Shown here: positions 52,079 through 62,862 of the stretch, piece after piece | Layout: each line of letters starts with the position of its first letter | How positions within the stretch are numbered: the stretch's first letter is position 1 | Source: an uncultured Pseudomonadota bacterium | GTDB taxonomy: Bacteria > Myxococcota_A > Polyangia > Fen-1088 | DNA length: 64,000 bases | Direction: 5' to 3' | NCBI GenBank assembly: GCA_963774325.1 | Contig: CAVZEF010000006.1 | Span: forward strand, 1,214,003-1,278,002 | Made by a program: the position numbers and the translations under genes | Notes under the pieces: model-generated | Databases searched by the model: none | What the model was told of the DNA's origin: nothing | The model's input: only the letters and a program-made list of their open reading frames with translations

Positions 52079-53604
52079 CGCCAGCACACCGCCGATCTCT
52101 GTCCCGATTCCGTCGCGAACAATGGCTGTATGTGACCGGCCTGGCCGCCGCCGCGCTGGCCGCGCCGCTCGGTTGTAGCTCCTCCTCGGGCAGCCCGACC
52201 CCCATCACCGTCCCGGACGGCGGCAGCGATGCGCCCGCCGGCGGCGGCGACGCCGCGACCGCCGACACATCGACGGCCAGCGATGGCGCGGCCGACGCTT
52301 CCGCCGACGCGCCTCCGGCGGTCGCCTGCTCCACGCTCACCAACCCGCTCTACGTCATGTCGGGCGACACGCAGGTGCCGATCCTCAAGACGCTGGGCAA
52401 GGCGCTGCGCCAGGACAGCACGACCCCGACCACGCTGGTCTGGTTCGCCACCGGCTCGTGCACGATCATCGACGCGGTCTACAACAATACGCCGCTCAAG
52501 CAGAACCTGTCGTACATCCCGAGCGACGCGACCTGGGATCCGAACACCGGCACCGTTCCGACGTGCACGCCCGACGCCGCGGGCGTTCCGGTGCAGCTCG
52601 GCATCCCCATCGTCTTCCCCGCGAGCTGCATCGGCACGCCGCCGCCCACGACCGTCCAGGCGTACAAAGGTCCGATCCAGTCGTTCGTGCTCGTGGTCCC
52701 CAAGGCGAGCACCGCCACGGCGATCAGCGCCGAGGAGGCCTACCTGACCTTCGGCTTCGGCGCCGCCGGCATGGTGTCGCCGTGGCTCGACCCGACGTTC
52801 TACTTCGTGCGCCCCGCCACCAAGGGGACGCAGGTCAGCCTGGGCGCGGTGATCGGCGTACCGCCGGCGAAGTGGAAAGGGCAACCGATCGATCAATCGA
52901 CGGCCGTCGCGTCGATGGTGGCGGCGTCGAGCGCCCCCGACAAGACGATCGGCATTCTCGGCGCCGAGATCTACGACAGCACCGGCAACCGCGCCGCGCT
53001 CCGCTCGCTGTCGTTCCAGGGCTACACGCAGACCGGCGGCTATCTGCCCGACACCTCGGCGTCGGCGTTCGACAAGCGCAACGTGCGCGACGGGCACTAC
53101 CTGGGCTGGTCGCACGTTTTCTATCTCATCGGCGCCGACACGAACGGGATCCCGACCGACGTGCGCGCCGCGCGCGTGGTCGACATCCTGACCGGCTCGC
53201 CGACGGCGACGCCGCCCACCGGGCTGGATCCGCTGGCGCTGGTCGCGGGCAAGGGGCTGGTGCCGATCTGCGCGATGAACGTCGAGCGCAACATCGAGGG
53301 CGGGCCACTCACGACCTATCAGTCGGCCGACCCGTGCGGCTGCGCCTACGAGGCCGCGGTCGGCACGGCGCCATCGAGCTGCGTGACCTGCACCAGCGTC
53401 GCCAACTGCGCCACCGGGCAGCAGTGTCGCCACGGCTTCTGCGAGGCCGCTGACGGGCGCACGCCGCTGGTCGATTGCCCGACCGCGCCCGCCAACGACG
53501 CCGCCATCATCAACAATCCCTGCACCACGCGCGTCGTCGCGCCGGCGCGGCCGCAACCGTTGCTGCAGATGCAGAACGGCGGCGTGCTGCCCCCGCTGCC
53601 TTGA
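52075..53604 (+). CDS. Lipoprotein with a PBP-like (ABC substrate-binding-type) domain and a Cys-rich C-terminus
   Basis: Lipobox LGCSS; ...LVWFATGSCTIIDAV.... ATGA overlap with the upstream regulator. Confidence 0.6.
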   Translation: MTPAHRRSLSRFRREQWLYVTGLAAAALAAPLGCSSSSGSPTPITVPDGGSDAPAGGGDAATADTSTASDGAADASADAPPAVACSTLTNPLYVMSGDTQVPILKTLGKALRQDSTTPTTLVWFATGSCTIIDAVYNNTPLKQNLSYIPSDATWDPNTGTVPTCTPDAAGVPVQLGIPIVFPASCIGTPPPTTVQAYKGPIQSFVLVVPKASTATAISAEEAYLTFGFGAAGMVSPWLDPTFYFVRPATKGTQVSLGAVIGVPPAKWKGQPIDQSTAVASMVAASSAPDKTIGILGAEIYDSTGNRAALRSLSFQGYTQTGGYLPDTSASAFDKRNVRDGHYLGWSHVFYLIGADTNGIPTDVRAARVVDILTGSPTATPPTGLDPLALVAGKGLVPICAMNVERNIEGGPLTTYQSADPCGCAYEAAVGTAPSSCVTCTSVANCATGQQCRHGFCEAADGRTPLVDCPTAPANDAAIINNPCTTRVVAPARPQPLLQMQNGGVLPPLP

Positions 53605-54940
53605 TGCGGCGCTGGCCGGCTTCCGGCGTCGCCGCCAGCCTGGTCGCGACGCTGGCGGCGTCGTCCGCGGCGGCGAGCGACGGTCCGGCGGCGCCGCCAC
53701 CGCTGCCGGCGCCGCTCGGCGCCGTGCTGGCGACGCCCGCGGTCCCATCGCCGCTGCCGGCGTCACCGCTGCCGGTCGCCGTGCGCCTGTCGGGCTACAT
53801 CCAGGCTGACGGCGTGCTTCACGACGCGTCCTCGCAGGACGAGGTCGATCCGTCGACGGGCGCGCCGCTCAACCAGACGCGGTATCTGATCCGGCGCGCG
53901 CGCGTGCACCTGGACATCGACCACACGCGCATGTCGGGCAGCCTCGAGCTGGACGCCAACACCGTGAACGGACCCGCCGCCGGCTTGATCGACGCGGAAG
54001 TGACGGTGCGTGCGCGCACGCCCGACCCGTCGGGACGCGCGTGGGGCAACGCGACGATCGGGCTCCTGCGCACGCCCTGGGGATACGAGGTCAACCAGCG
54101 CGACCAGGATCGCTTCTTTCTCGAGCGCAGCAGCGTGAGCCGCGCCCTGTTTCCCGGCGTGTTCGATCTCGGCGTGCGCCTGCGCGGCGGCTGGCGTTTC
54201 GTCGACGTCCAGATCGCGCTCGTCAACGGCGACCCGCTCGGTGACCGCGCCTTCCCGGTCCAGGACCCGAACCACGCCAAGGACATCGTGGGACGCCTCG
54301 GCGTCAGCGGCGTGCGCGGGCGCGTCGCGTTCGCCGCCGGCGTCTCGGGGCTGACCGGGACCGGCTTTCACCGCGGCACGCCCGAGACCAAGGACGTGCT
54401 GGTCTGGCGCGATCAGAACGAAGACGGCCTGGTGCAGCTCTCCGAGATCCAGGTGATCTCGGGATCGGCCGCGACGCCGTCGGAGGACTTCCACCGCTTC
54501 GCGCTCGGCGCCGACGCGCGCCTGCGCATCACGTTGCCGCGCGCTGGGCGCGCTCGAGCTCGTCGGCGAGGCGATCTGGGCGACCAACCTCGACCGCGGC
54601 CTCGCTGCCCGCCGATCCCATCGCCACCGGACGCGACCTGCGCGAGCGCGGCTGGGTCGCGGGATTCGTGCAGGAGCTGGGCCCGCGGTTCGCGATCGGC
54701 GGCCGCTACGATCGCTACAATCCCGACGCCGACGCGTCCGAGCAGCGCGCGCTGGTGGTGGTTCCCGTCGACGCGCACTACGCGACCTGGACGGCGACCG
54801 CGGCCTGGCGCTGGGCGGAGCTGGATCGCATCGTCGTCGAGTATCAACACCTGACCAACCCTCTCGGGCGCAGCCCCGCGGGCCAACCCACGACGCTGGG
54901 CGGGGAGACCGTGCTCGTGCGCGGGCAGCTCGCGTGGTGA
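53604..54940 (+). CDS. Porin O/P-type outer membrane porin, with a frameshift around 54530-54600
   Basis: Signal peptide MRRWPASGVAASLVATLAASSAAA. Contains VRLSGYIQADGV. The C-terminal frame ends ...TVLVRGQLAW* (a terminal W, typical of porins). Confidence 0.6.
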
Positions 54941-55914
54941 CGGCGGCGCCGCAAGGTGCGATGCGCGCCACGATGCGTGCCGCGCCAACATCGCGCGCGG
55001 GCCGGGCGCTGCAACTGGCGCTCGCCGCGGCGGTGGCGGTGACCACCGCGATCGGATGCCGCTCGACCGCCGATGCCGATCTCGGGCTCGACGCGCAGCT
55101 TCGCGTCGAGGGTGCGCAGTTCGTCGCCGGCGATCTCGACGCCGCGATGCCGGGCGACGGACCCGCGGTGGTGAGCGTCTTCAACAGCCTGAACGCCGTG
55201 CAGCCCGGCGAGCGTGAAAAGCCGCTCAGCGGCACGCTCGACGCGACCGCGACCACCGTCGCGCTCGGCCTGCGCGGCGATCGCGGCTACTGGATCGTCG
55301 TCGCCGGGCCGCCGTCGCTCGACGCGCCGGAGCTGCCGACGTTCCAGGCGACGCTGTCGTTTTCGCCGGCGCTGGCGCTGGGGCCGTTGACGCTGGTGGC
55401 GCGCGCCGTCGACACGCAGGGGCGCTTCGGCGCGCCCGCGACCGTGCCCCTGGCCAGCGCCGCGCTGCCACCTCCCACCGGCACGCTGGTGGTGAGCCTG
55501 ACCTGGGACACCGAGGCCGACCTGGATCTGCACGTCGTGATCCCCGGCGGTGTCGAGGTCTGGGCGCGCAACATCAACTCGTATCGCATGCCGCCGCCGG
55601 GAACGCCGGTCGACGCGTCGGCGTGGCAGTCGGGCGGCATCCTCGACTTCGACTCCAACGCCGGCTGCGTGATCGACGGGCGGCGCCAGGAGAACGTCGT
55701 CTGGCAATCGCCGCCGCCGGCCGGCAGCTACCTGGTGCGCGTCGACACCGCCTCGCTGTGCGGCGCGGCGGCCGCGCGCTGGACCGTCGGCGTGATCCGC
55801 GACGGCACGTCGATCGGCACCGCGGCGGGCGAGAGCCTCCCCGGCGACGCGCGCTTCTCGAAAGGGCCCGGCAGCGGCATCCAGGCGCTGGCGTTCGATG
55901 TGCCGGCGTCGTGA
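54934..55914 (+). CDS. Hypothetical lipoprotein
   Basis: Lipobox TAIGC. Confidence 0.55.
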   Translation: MVTAAPQGAMRATMRAAPTSRAGRALQLALAAAVAVTTAIGCRSTADADLGLDAQLRVEGAQFVAGDLDAAMPGDGPAVVSVFNSLNAVQPGEREKPLSGTLDATATTVALGLRGDRGYWIVVAGPPSLDAPELPTFQATLSFSPALALGPLTLVARAVDTQGRFGAPATVPLASAALPPPTGTLVVSLTWDTEADLDLHVVIPGGVEVWARNINSYRMPPPGTPVDASAWQSGGILDFDSNAGCVIDGRRQENVVWQSPPPAGSYLVRVDTASLCGAAAARWTVGVIRDGTSIGTAAGESLPGDARFSKGPGSGIQALAFDVPAS

Positions 55915-58036
55915 CCGCGCCAGCCGCCGCGCGCTGGCGGCGATCGCAGTCATCTCGTTGCTCGCGCGGCGCGCCGACGCCGAGCCCGCACCGGCTGCGA
56001 GCGTACCCGCCGCGCCCACGCCGCCGCCCGCCCCCGCGCCGTCGTACACCACGGTCGTGCGCGTCCCGGGCGGGCCGCCACAGCCGGTCGGCACCGCCGT
56101 CGACGCCGAGACCGCGCGCCACCTGCCGGGGACCGGCGGCGATCCGGCGCTGGCGGCGCAGGATCTCCCGGGCGTCGCGCGCAGCGCGCCCGGCGCGACC
56201 GGTCTCGTCGTGTGGGGCGCCGCGCCCGCCGAGTCGCGCGTGCTCTTCGACGGCGTCGAGATCCCGGCGCTCACTCACTTCGGTGGCTTCCGCTCGACGG
56301 TCGGCGCCGAGCTCATCGGACGGATCGACGTCGTTCCCGGCGCGTACGGCGCCGACTACGGCCGCGCGCTCGGTGGCCTGGTGCGCATCGAGCCGCGCCC
56401 GCTCGACACCAGTGGATCGCACGTGGCGCTCGACGCCAACCTGCTCGACGGCGGCGCCGCGTGGCGCGGCGGCATCGGACGCCTGCGCATCGCCGCCGCC
56501 GCGCGCACGAGCTATCTCGACCAGACCTACGGCCGCGTGCTGCCGGCCTCGACGCTGGATTCGAGCTCGGCGCAGTCGCTGTTTCCCATCCCGCGCTACT
56601 CGGACGCTCAGCTCGAAGCGGCGCTGCCGCTCGGCGCGGGCGCCACGCTGCGCGCGTTCGCGCTGGCGTCGTTCGATCGCATCCGCCGCGATCTCGCCGC
56701 CGGCGCCGCCGGGCTTCCGTCGCGCACCGAGGATCAGCGCGCCGACTGGTGGCGCGCGGCGATCACCTATGAAGAGCGCGGTGACGACGACGGCCTCGGC
56801 GCGACGTTCTACGCGGGCGGCGACCGGACCAGCGACGACCAGCAGTTCGGCGCGGCGCCCGCGTCGCAGTCGATCTCCAGCCGCGAGCTCGGCCTGCGCG
56901 CACGCTATCGCGCTCGGCTCGGCGCCGCGTGGCGCCTGAGCCTGGGCCTCGACGGCTGGCTGCAATCCTCGGACGCGCGGCGGGCCGGCAGCCTGACCAT
57001 CCCGGCGCGCGAGGGCGATCGGGTGGTCTTCGGCCAGCCGCCGGGCGACGACGTCAACGCCGACCGCTGGTCGGCGACCGTCGGCGACGTCGCACCGTAC
57101 GCGAGCGTGACGTTCACGCACGGCTCCTGGAGCGTGACGCCCGGCGTACGCGCCGACGCCTTCCCCGTCGACGGCAGCCGCAAGCTGCCGCCGATCGGCG
57201 CCACCCCGGTCGTCGGCTACGCGCACCTCGACGGCGCGATCGATCCGCGCCTGTCGATCGCCTACGCGATCTCGCCGGCGGTGATCGCGACCGCGGCCGG
57301 CGGCGTCTATCACCAGCCAGTCGACGCCGCCGATCTGAGCGCGGTGTTCGGCTCGCCGGCGCTCGTGCCGGGACGCGCGGTTCACGCGACGCTCTCGCTC
57401 TGGGCGAAGCTGGCGGCGCACACCACCGTCGAGGGCCACGTGTTCTACCGGCGCCTCGACCACCTGGCGGTGCGCTCGCCGCTGGCGACGCCGGCGCTGG
57501 CCGCGGCGCTGATCTCCGACGGCCGCGGGCGCAGCGCCGGGTTCGATCTGATGCTGCGCCGCGAGCTTGCGCGCGGCACGCAGGGCTGGTTCACCTACAC
57601 GCTCGGCCGCAGCGAGCGCTGGAGCGGCGGCGGCCCGACGCGTCTGCTCGATTTCGATCAGACCCACGTGCTCACCGCGGTGGCCAGCCACCAGCGCGCC
57701 GCCTGGACGTTCAGCGGGCGCGCGCGCTACGCCACCGGCATGCCGCGCACGCCGGTGACCGGCAGCTTCACCGACCTGCGCGACGGCACGACGCAACCGA
57801 TCTTCCTCCTGGGCGCGCAGAACAGCGTGCGCCTGCCGCCGTTCTTTCAGCTCGATGCGCGCGTCGACCGCAGGCTGGTCGCCGGCCCCGTCGGCGTCAC
57901 GCTGTATCTCGACGCGCAGAACCTGACCGGCCGCCGCAACCCCGAGGAGATCGTCTACACGCGCGACTACACGTCGGCGGCGTACCTGACCGGGCCACCG
58001 TTGCTGGTGCTGCTGGGCGTGAGGATCGAGTCGTGA
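55898..58036 (+). CDS. TonB-dependent outer membrane receptor (plug + barrel)
   Basis: Signal peptide; plug-domain region DLPGVARSAPGATGLVVWGAAPAESRVLFDGVEI; long beta-barrel. Confidence 0.7.
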   Translation: MCRRRDRASRRALAAIAVISLLARRADAEPAPAASVPAAPTPPPAPAPSYTTVVRVPGGPPQPVGTAVDAETARHLPGTGGDPALAAQDLPGVARSAPGATGLVVWGAAPAESRVLFDGVEIPALTHFGGFRSTVGAELIGRIDVVPGAYGADYGRALGGLVRIEPRPLDTSGSHVALDANLLDGGAAWRGGIGRLRIAAAARTSYLDQTYGRVLPASTLDSSSAQSLFPIPRYSDAQLEAALPLGAGATLRAFALASFDRIRRDLAAGAAGLPSRTEDQRADWWRAAITYEERGDDDGLGATFYAGGDRTSDDQQFGAAPASQSISSRELGLRARYRARLGAAWRLSLGLDGWLQSSDARRAGSLTIPAREGDRVVFGQPPGDDVNADRWSATVGDVAPYASVTFTHGSWSVTPGVRADAFPVDGSRKLPPIGATPVVGYAHLDGAIDPRLSIAYAISPAVIATAAGGVYHQPVDAADLSAVFGSPALVPGRAVHATLSLWAKLAAHTTVEGHVFYRRLDHLAVRSPLATPALAAALISDGRGRSAGFDLMLRRELARGTQGWFTYTLGRSERWSGGGPTRLLDFDQTHVLTAVASHQRAAWTFSGRARYATGMPRTPVTGSFTDLRDGTTQPIFLLGAQNSVRLPPFFQLDARVDRRLVAGPVGVTLYLDAQNLTGRRNPEEIVYTRDYTSAAYLTGPPLLVLLGVRIES

Positions 58037-58968
58037 CCGGCCGGCGCGGGCTCGGCAGGCTCGGCCTCGCGAGCGCCGTCATCGCGGGCATCGCCTGCTC
58101 GCCGCCCCTGGATGACCGGCCGTGGCTGATCACGCGACCGACGATCGTCGGCTGGAAAGCTGACCCGCCCGAGGCCGCGCCCGGCGCCAGCGTCGTGCTC
58201 GAGGCCGTCGCGCTCGCGCCCGCGACCGCCGCCGTCGATCCAGCGGCGACGGCGTGGACGCTCTGCCACACGCCGAAGCCGCCGTCGGAGAACCGCGTCG
58301 CCGCAAGCGACTGCCTCGCGCCCGCCGCGCCGCCCGACGCGGTCGGCGATCCCGTATCGATCGCGATCCCGGCCGACGCTTGCCGCGTGTTCGGCCCCGA
58401 CGTGCCACAGCCGCAGCCCGGCCAGGCGACGACGCGCGCCCGCGACGCCGACGCGACCGGCGGCTATTTCCAGCCGGTGACCCTGGCGCTGGGCAGCGCC
58501 CTCGCGATCGGGCTCGAACGCGTCACCTGCGACCTGCCCGAGGCGTCGCTCGCCGACGCGCGCGCCTTCCAGGCCGCGTACCACGCCAACCAGAACCCGT
58601 CGCTGGTCGGGCTCACCTTCGCCGCCGGCGACGGCAGCCCGATCGACCCGGGCGCGATCACCGCCGGCGCGCGCGTCGCGATCCAGGCGAGCTGGCTCCC
58701 CGGCGCCATCGAGACCTTCCCGGTGTTCGATCGGCAGTCGCGGACGATCATCGCCACGGCGGAGACGCTGACGGCGTCGTGGTACGTGACCGGCGGCGTG
58801 CTCGACCAGCCCGCGACCGAGCTCACCGACCCCGCCGCGATCTCGACCGTGACCGGCTGGACCGCGCCGGCCGGCGCCACCACCGTCGAGCTCGCGCTCG
58901 TCCTGCGCGACAGCCGCGGCGGCAGCGACACCGCGCACGCCACGCTCATTGTCGTCGCCGGTCGCTAG
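58033..58968 (+). CDS. Hypothetical lipoprotein (GTG start overlapping the receptor stop, GTGA)
   Basis: Lipobox IAGIACS. Confidence 0.5.
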   Translation: MTGRRGLGRLGLASAVIAGIACSPPLDDRPWLITRPTIVGWKADPPEAAPGASVVLEAVALAPATAAVDPAATAWTLCHTPKPPSENRVAASDCLAPAAPPDAVGDPVSIAIPADACRVFGPDVPQPQPGQATTRARDADATGGYFQPVTLALGSALAIGLERVTCDLPEASLADARAFQAAYHANQNPSLVGLTFAAGDGSPIDPGAITAGARVAIQASWLPGAIETFPVFDRQSRTIIATAETLTASWYVTGGVLDQPATELTDPAAISTVTGWTAPAGATTVELALVLRDSRGGSDTAHATLIVVAGR

Positions 58969-59104
58969 GCCTCGGACCTCGGGCCTCGGGCCGAAGAGTC
59001 TCCTCCGGAACGCCGAAGCCCGAGCCTCGAAGCCGGAGGTCTTTCCGCCCAAATGGGAATAGCCGGCGTCCCGAGCGTTACCCAGATGGTCGTCCATCCG
59101 GAGG

Positions 59105-59974
59105 TTGCCCATGCCGTATCCCATCGTGCTCGCCCACGGAATCGCTCGTTTCGACGTGCTGCTCCGCGACTTGCTCAAGGACGAAGATCAGTTCGAGGAT
59201 CGCACCCACTACTTCCGCCGCATCCGCAGCACGCTGCAGGGCGCTGGCTTCCCGACCTATCACTCGTCGGTGCCGTGGGCCGAGGGCGTGGCCGTCCGCT
59301 CGCGCGCGCTGCGTGCCAACGTCGAGCAGGTGCTGGCCGCCACCGGCGCGCGCAAGGTGCACATCATCGCGCACAGCATGGGCGGCCTCGACGCGCGCCA
59401 CATGCTGTTCGACGGCCGCGCCGACGGCATTCACGAGCGCGTCGCCTCGCTGACCACGATCGGCACGCCGCACTGGGGCACGTCGTTCGCCGACTGGGGC
59501 ATCACGAGCGAGACGCTGCTGCTGGCCATCTTATCGACGCTGGGGATCACGGCGATCGACGGCTTTCGCGATCTGACGACCAAGTCCTGCGCGGCGTTCA
59601 ACGCGCAGGCGGAGTCGTTCGAGCTCCGCTGCGGCGTCGCGTTTCGCGCCTACGCCGGCGCACAGCAACTGCCTCACGTGTTCGAGCCGCTCAAGCTGTC
59701 GTGGCACGTGGTCCAGCATCACGAGGGCGCGAACGACGGCCTGGTGCCGGTGTCCTCGGCGCGCTGGCGCGACGAGTTCGCGGTCGCGACCGTGATCGAC
59801 GCGGACCATCTGAACGAGGTCGGCTGGTGGGAGCCGAACGACCTCGGGTTCGGCATCGACTTCGCGAAGTTTCCGCCGCGCCCGCGGCTGGCGGAGCTGC
59901 CGGCCAAGCTGGGCGAGCGCATGCGCGGCCTCTATCTGCAGATCGCGCGCGACCTCGACAAGAGCTTTCCGTAG
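59105..59974 (+). CDS. Secretable lipase/esterase of the alpha/beta-hydrolase fold (lipase class 2-like)
   Basis: Motifs PIVLAHG and AHSMGG. Confidence 0.75.
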   Translation: MPMPYPIVLAHGIARFDVLLRDLLKDEDQFEDRTHYFRRIRSTLQGAGFPTYHSSVPWAEGVAVRSRALRANVEQVLAATGARKVHIIAHSMGGLDARHMLFDGRADGIHERVASLTTIGTPHWGTSFADWGITSETLLLAILSTLGITAIDGFRDLTTKSCAAFNAQAESFELRCGVAFRAYAGAQQLPHVFEPLKLSWHVVQHHEGANDGLVPVSSARWRDEFAVATVIDADHLNEVGWWEPNDLGFGIDFAKFPPRPRLAELPAKLGERMRGLYLQIARDLDKSFP

Positions 59975-60093
59975 CCAAATCGAGACCCGCAAAAAGGAAA
60001 GATCCGGGACCCCCTCCGTTCTCTTCTTGCTGATCGGGCGGTGCCGTCGCGCTGACGGTTCGCGCGATCGCGTGGGACGAACAGGGGGAGTTC

Positions 60094-62841
60094 ATGCGCG
60101 AGCGATTCGATCGGTTGTGGTTTGTCGTTGGTTTGGTGGGCTCGATGGCGCTGGGCGGAGCAACGGCGTGCGATCGCGGACGCCCGCTCGGCGGACCGGA
60201 TTCCGAGGTGCTGGCGAGCTGGTCGTCGTATCTCGAGGACGGCGACGTCGGGAAGCTGGCGCCGGGCGCGATACCGGTGGCTCCGCCGGTGTCGCCGCCT
60301 TCCCTGCCGCCCCGCACGTGCGGCAGCGACTGCGCGAGCCAGCCGCTCGCGCTCTGGACCTTCGACGACTGCAACGCGCAATCGTCGGAGCTCGCCGACT
60401 CGGCGGGCTCGACGTTCGTCCACCACCCGGCCTTTCGATCGCTCGGCGTGACCTGCGTCAGCGGTCGCGTCGGTGAGGCCGTGCACCTGGCCAAGGCCGA
60501 CGACGTGGTCTACGCGCCCGACCAGCCGGACTTTCTGTTCAATCAGGGGCTGACGGTCGCAGCGTGGATCAACCCCGACCGTCTGGGGGGCGTGCAGAGC
60601 CTGGTGCGCAAGCGGCTCGACGGCACCAGCTCGTTCCTGCTGGCGCTCGACGGTAAGCAGCTGCTGTTCATTCTCAAGCTCACCAATGGGCGCGTGGTCG
60701 CGGTGGCGGCGCCGGTGCAAGCCGGGCGATTCACGCACGTCGCGGCCACCTACGATGGCGCGCAAGCGGTGCTCTATCTCGACGGCGCCGCCGTCGCGCG
60801 CGCGCAAGGCGCCGGAACGATCGCCCCGGGCGCGGGCCCGATCTTCCTCGGCAACGACGCCGACGGCCGCCGCTTCTCCGGCATGATCGACAGCGTCTGG
60901 CTGAACACGCTCGCGGCTCCTCCGGAGACGGTCCCGGTGATCGCGTGTGTGCACCACACGCCCACCCTCACGCTGACGCCCGGGACGAGCCCGGCGACGC
61001 CCCCGGGAACGCCGGCGACGTTCGATCTGGCGATCACCAACAACAACGACCCGATCTGTCCAGGCTCGGCCTCGTATCTCGTCTTTGGCGTGATCCCCTT
61101 TGGCGTGGACTCGAACTTTCCAGCCGGCGTCATACCGGTGCCGACGGGCGCGACTGTGCATCAAACCATCAACCTCACCCCCAACTTCCTCATAGCCGCC
61201 GGACCGACTCCCATCGCCTACGTTCTCGAAGACGTGGGCAACATCTTCGCCTTCGCCACCCTGGTCGTCGCGCCACCACCGCCGCCCGTGGCGACCGGCT
61301 GCGCGCCGTCACCGACTCAGCCGGTCGCGCCCGGTGGTTACTACGTCAACGGCAACACCGTGTGCACCGGCGACGGCCGCCTGCACGTCTTCCACGGCCT
61401 CGACCGGCCGTCGCTGGAGTGGTCGAACGTCGGCGTGAACATCACGCGCGGCGACTTCGCGTTGATGACGGCGTGGAACGCCAACGTCGTGCGCATCGCG
61501 CTCAACCAGGACTTCTGGCTGCCCGGCTCGGCGCTCTCGGACCCCAACTATCCGGCGCTGGTCGACGACGCCATCCGCTGGGCCGAGATGGCGGGGATGG
61601 ACGTGTTCCTCGATCTGCACTGGTCGGATCGCGGCGTGCTCGGGAGCTGCTCGCCCGCGAACGGATGCCAGCAGCTGATGCCCGACGCGAACTCGCTGAC
61701 CTTCTGGTCGCAGGTCGCCGCGCGCTACCAGAACGACGGGCGCGTCGCCTTCGAGCTCTACAACGAGCCCCACGACGTGAGCTGGGACGTGTGGCGCAAC
61801 GGCGGGACGACGTTCGAGGGCTGGCAAGCCGTCGGCATGCAGTCGCTCTACGATGCCGTGCGCGCAACCGGCGCGCAGAACCTGGTGGTGATCGGCGGGC
61901 TCGACTGGGCCTACGATCTCTCGGGGGTGCCCGCGAACCGCATCAGCGGTTACAACATCGTGTACGCGACTCACCCGTACACCTCGCCCGATCGCACCCT
62001 GCGACCGCCGTCGGACTGGGATCGCGCGTTCGGCTTCCTGACCAGCACCGACCCGGTCGTGGCGACCGAGTTCGGCGTGCTCAACGACTCCCAGTGCCGG
62101 TTCGACTACGACACCCAGCTGATCGACTACGCCGACGCTCACCTGGCCGGATGGACCGCCTGGGCGTGGTATCCGGGCGGCTGCACCTTCCCGGCCGTCG
62201 TCTACGACTGGGCGGGAACGCCCTCGCCCACGGGAACGTTGGTTCGATCGGCGCTGCTCGCCTATCAGGACCCGCCAGCGTCGCCGCCGCTGCCGTCGCC
62301 GGGACCGGCGCGCGCCGTCGAGTTCCTGTTCGACCACAGCACCCAGGGCTGGGGCTTCAACGGCTATGACAACCCGCCGCCGACCAACATCTTCGCGCGG
62401 CCGGGCGTTGCGCCGCCGAGCGTCTCGTTCGACGGCAGCGACGGCAGCCCCACGCCGGGCGCGCTGCGCGTGACGGCGCCGTTCACCGCGCTCGATCAGT
62501 TCGTCGACGCGATCGTCGGCGTCTCGCAGCCCGGGCTGAATCTGTCGGGCCAGCAACTCCACGTGATGGTCAAGCTGGTGTCGGGCACGTTCGGCGGACT
62601 GCAGCTCCATGCGAGCAGCGGCGCGACCTTCGCCTTCACCGCCGCGCCGTTCGTCGGCAGCTTGCCCGTCGGAGAGTGGGTGCCGATCACGCTCGACCTC
62701 ACCAGCGGCACCAGCCCCGGCTTCGATCCGTCGCAGGTCGTGCAACTTGGAGTGCAGTTCTTCTCCGGATTCTCCAGCAATGGAGGGACCTTTGTGAATG
62801 CGGGAACCACAATCCTGGAAATCGACACGCTGACCAATTGA
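60094..62841 (+). CDS. Secreted multidomain glycoside hydrolase: LamG/concanavalin-like domain + GH5 (cellulase-family) catalytic domain + C-terminal binding-like domain
   Basis: GH5 acid/base FELYNEPH and nucleophile region VATEFG. The LamG region reads ...GLTVAAWINPD...LYLDG. Confidence 0.75.
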   Translation: MRERFDRLWFVVGLVGSMALGGATACDRGRPLGGPDSEVLASWSSYLEDGDVGKLAPGAIPVAPPVSPPSLPPRTCGSDCASQPLALWTFDDCNAQSSELADSAGSTFVHHPAFRSLGVTCVSGRVGEAVHLAKADDVVYAPDQPDFLFNQGLTVAAWINPDRLGGVQSLVRKRLDGTSSFLLALDGKQLLFILKLTNGRVVAVAAPVQAGRFTHVAATYDGAQAVLYLDGAAVARAQGAGTIAPGAGPIFLGNDADGRRFSGMIDSVWLNTLAAPPETVPVIACVHHTPTLTLTPGTSPATPPGTPATFDLAITNNNDPICPGSASYLVFGVIPFGVDSNFPAGVIPVPTGATVHQTINLTPNFLIAAGPTPIAYVLEDVGNIFAFATLVVAPPPPPVATGCAPSPTQPVAPGGYYVNGNTVCTGDGRLHVFHGLDRPSLEWSNVGVNITRGDFALMTAWNANVVRIALNQDFWLPGSALSDPNYPALVDDAIRWAEMAGMDVFLDLHWSDRGVLGSCSPANGCQQLMPDANSLTFWSQVAARYQNDGRVAFELYNEPHDVSWDVWRNGGTTFEGWQAVGMQSLYDAVRATGAQNLVVIGGLDWAYDLSGVPANRISGYNIVYATHPYTSPDRTLRPPSDWDRAFGFLTSTDPVVATEFGVLNDSQCRFDYDTQLIDYADAHLAGWTAWAWYPGGCTFPAVVYDWAGTPSPTGTLVRSALLAYQDPPASPPLPSPGPARAVEFLFDHSTQGWGFNGYDNPPPTNIFARPGVAPPSVSFDGSDGSPTPGALRVTAPFTALDQFVDAIVGVSQPGLNLSGQQLHVMVKLVSGTFGGLQLHASSGATFAFTAAPFVGSLPVGEWVPITLDLTSGTSPGFDPSQVVQLGVQFFSGFSSNGGTFVNAGTTILEIDTLTN

Positions 62842-62862
62842 GGTGGGCTCGCCGGGCCTCGG

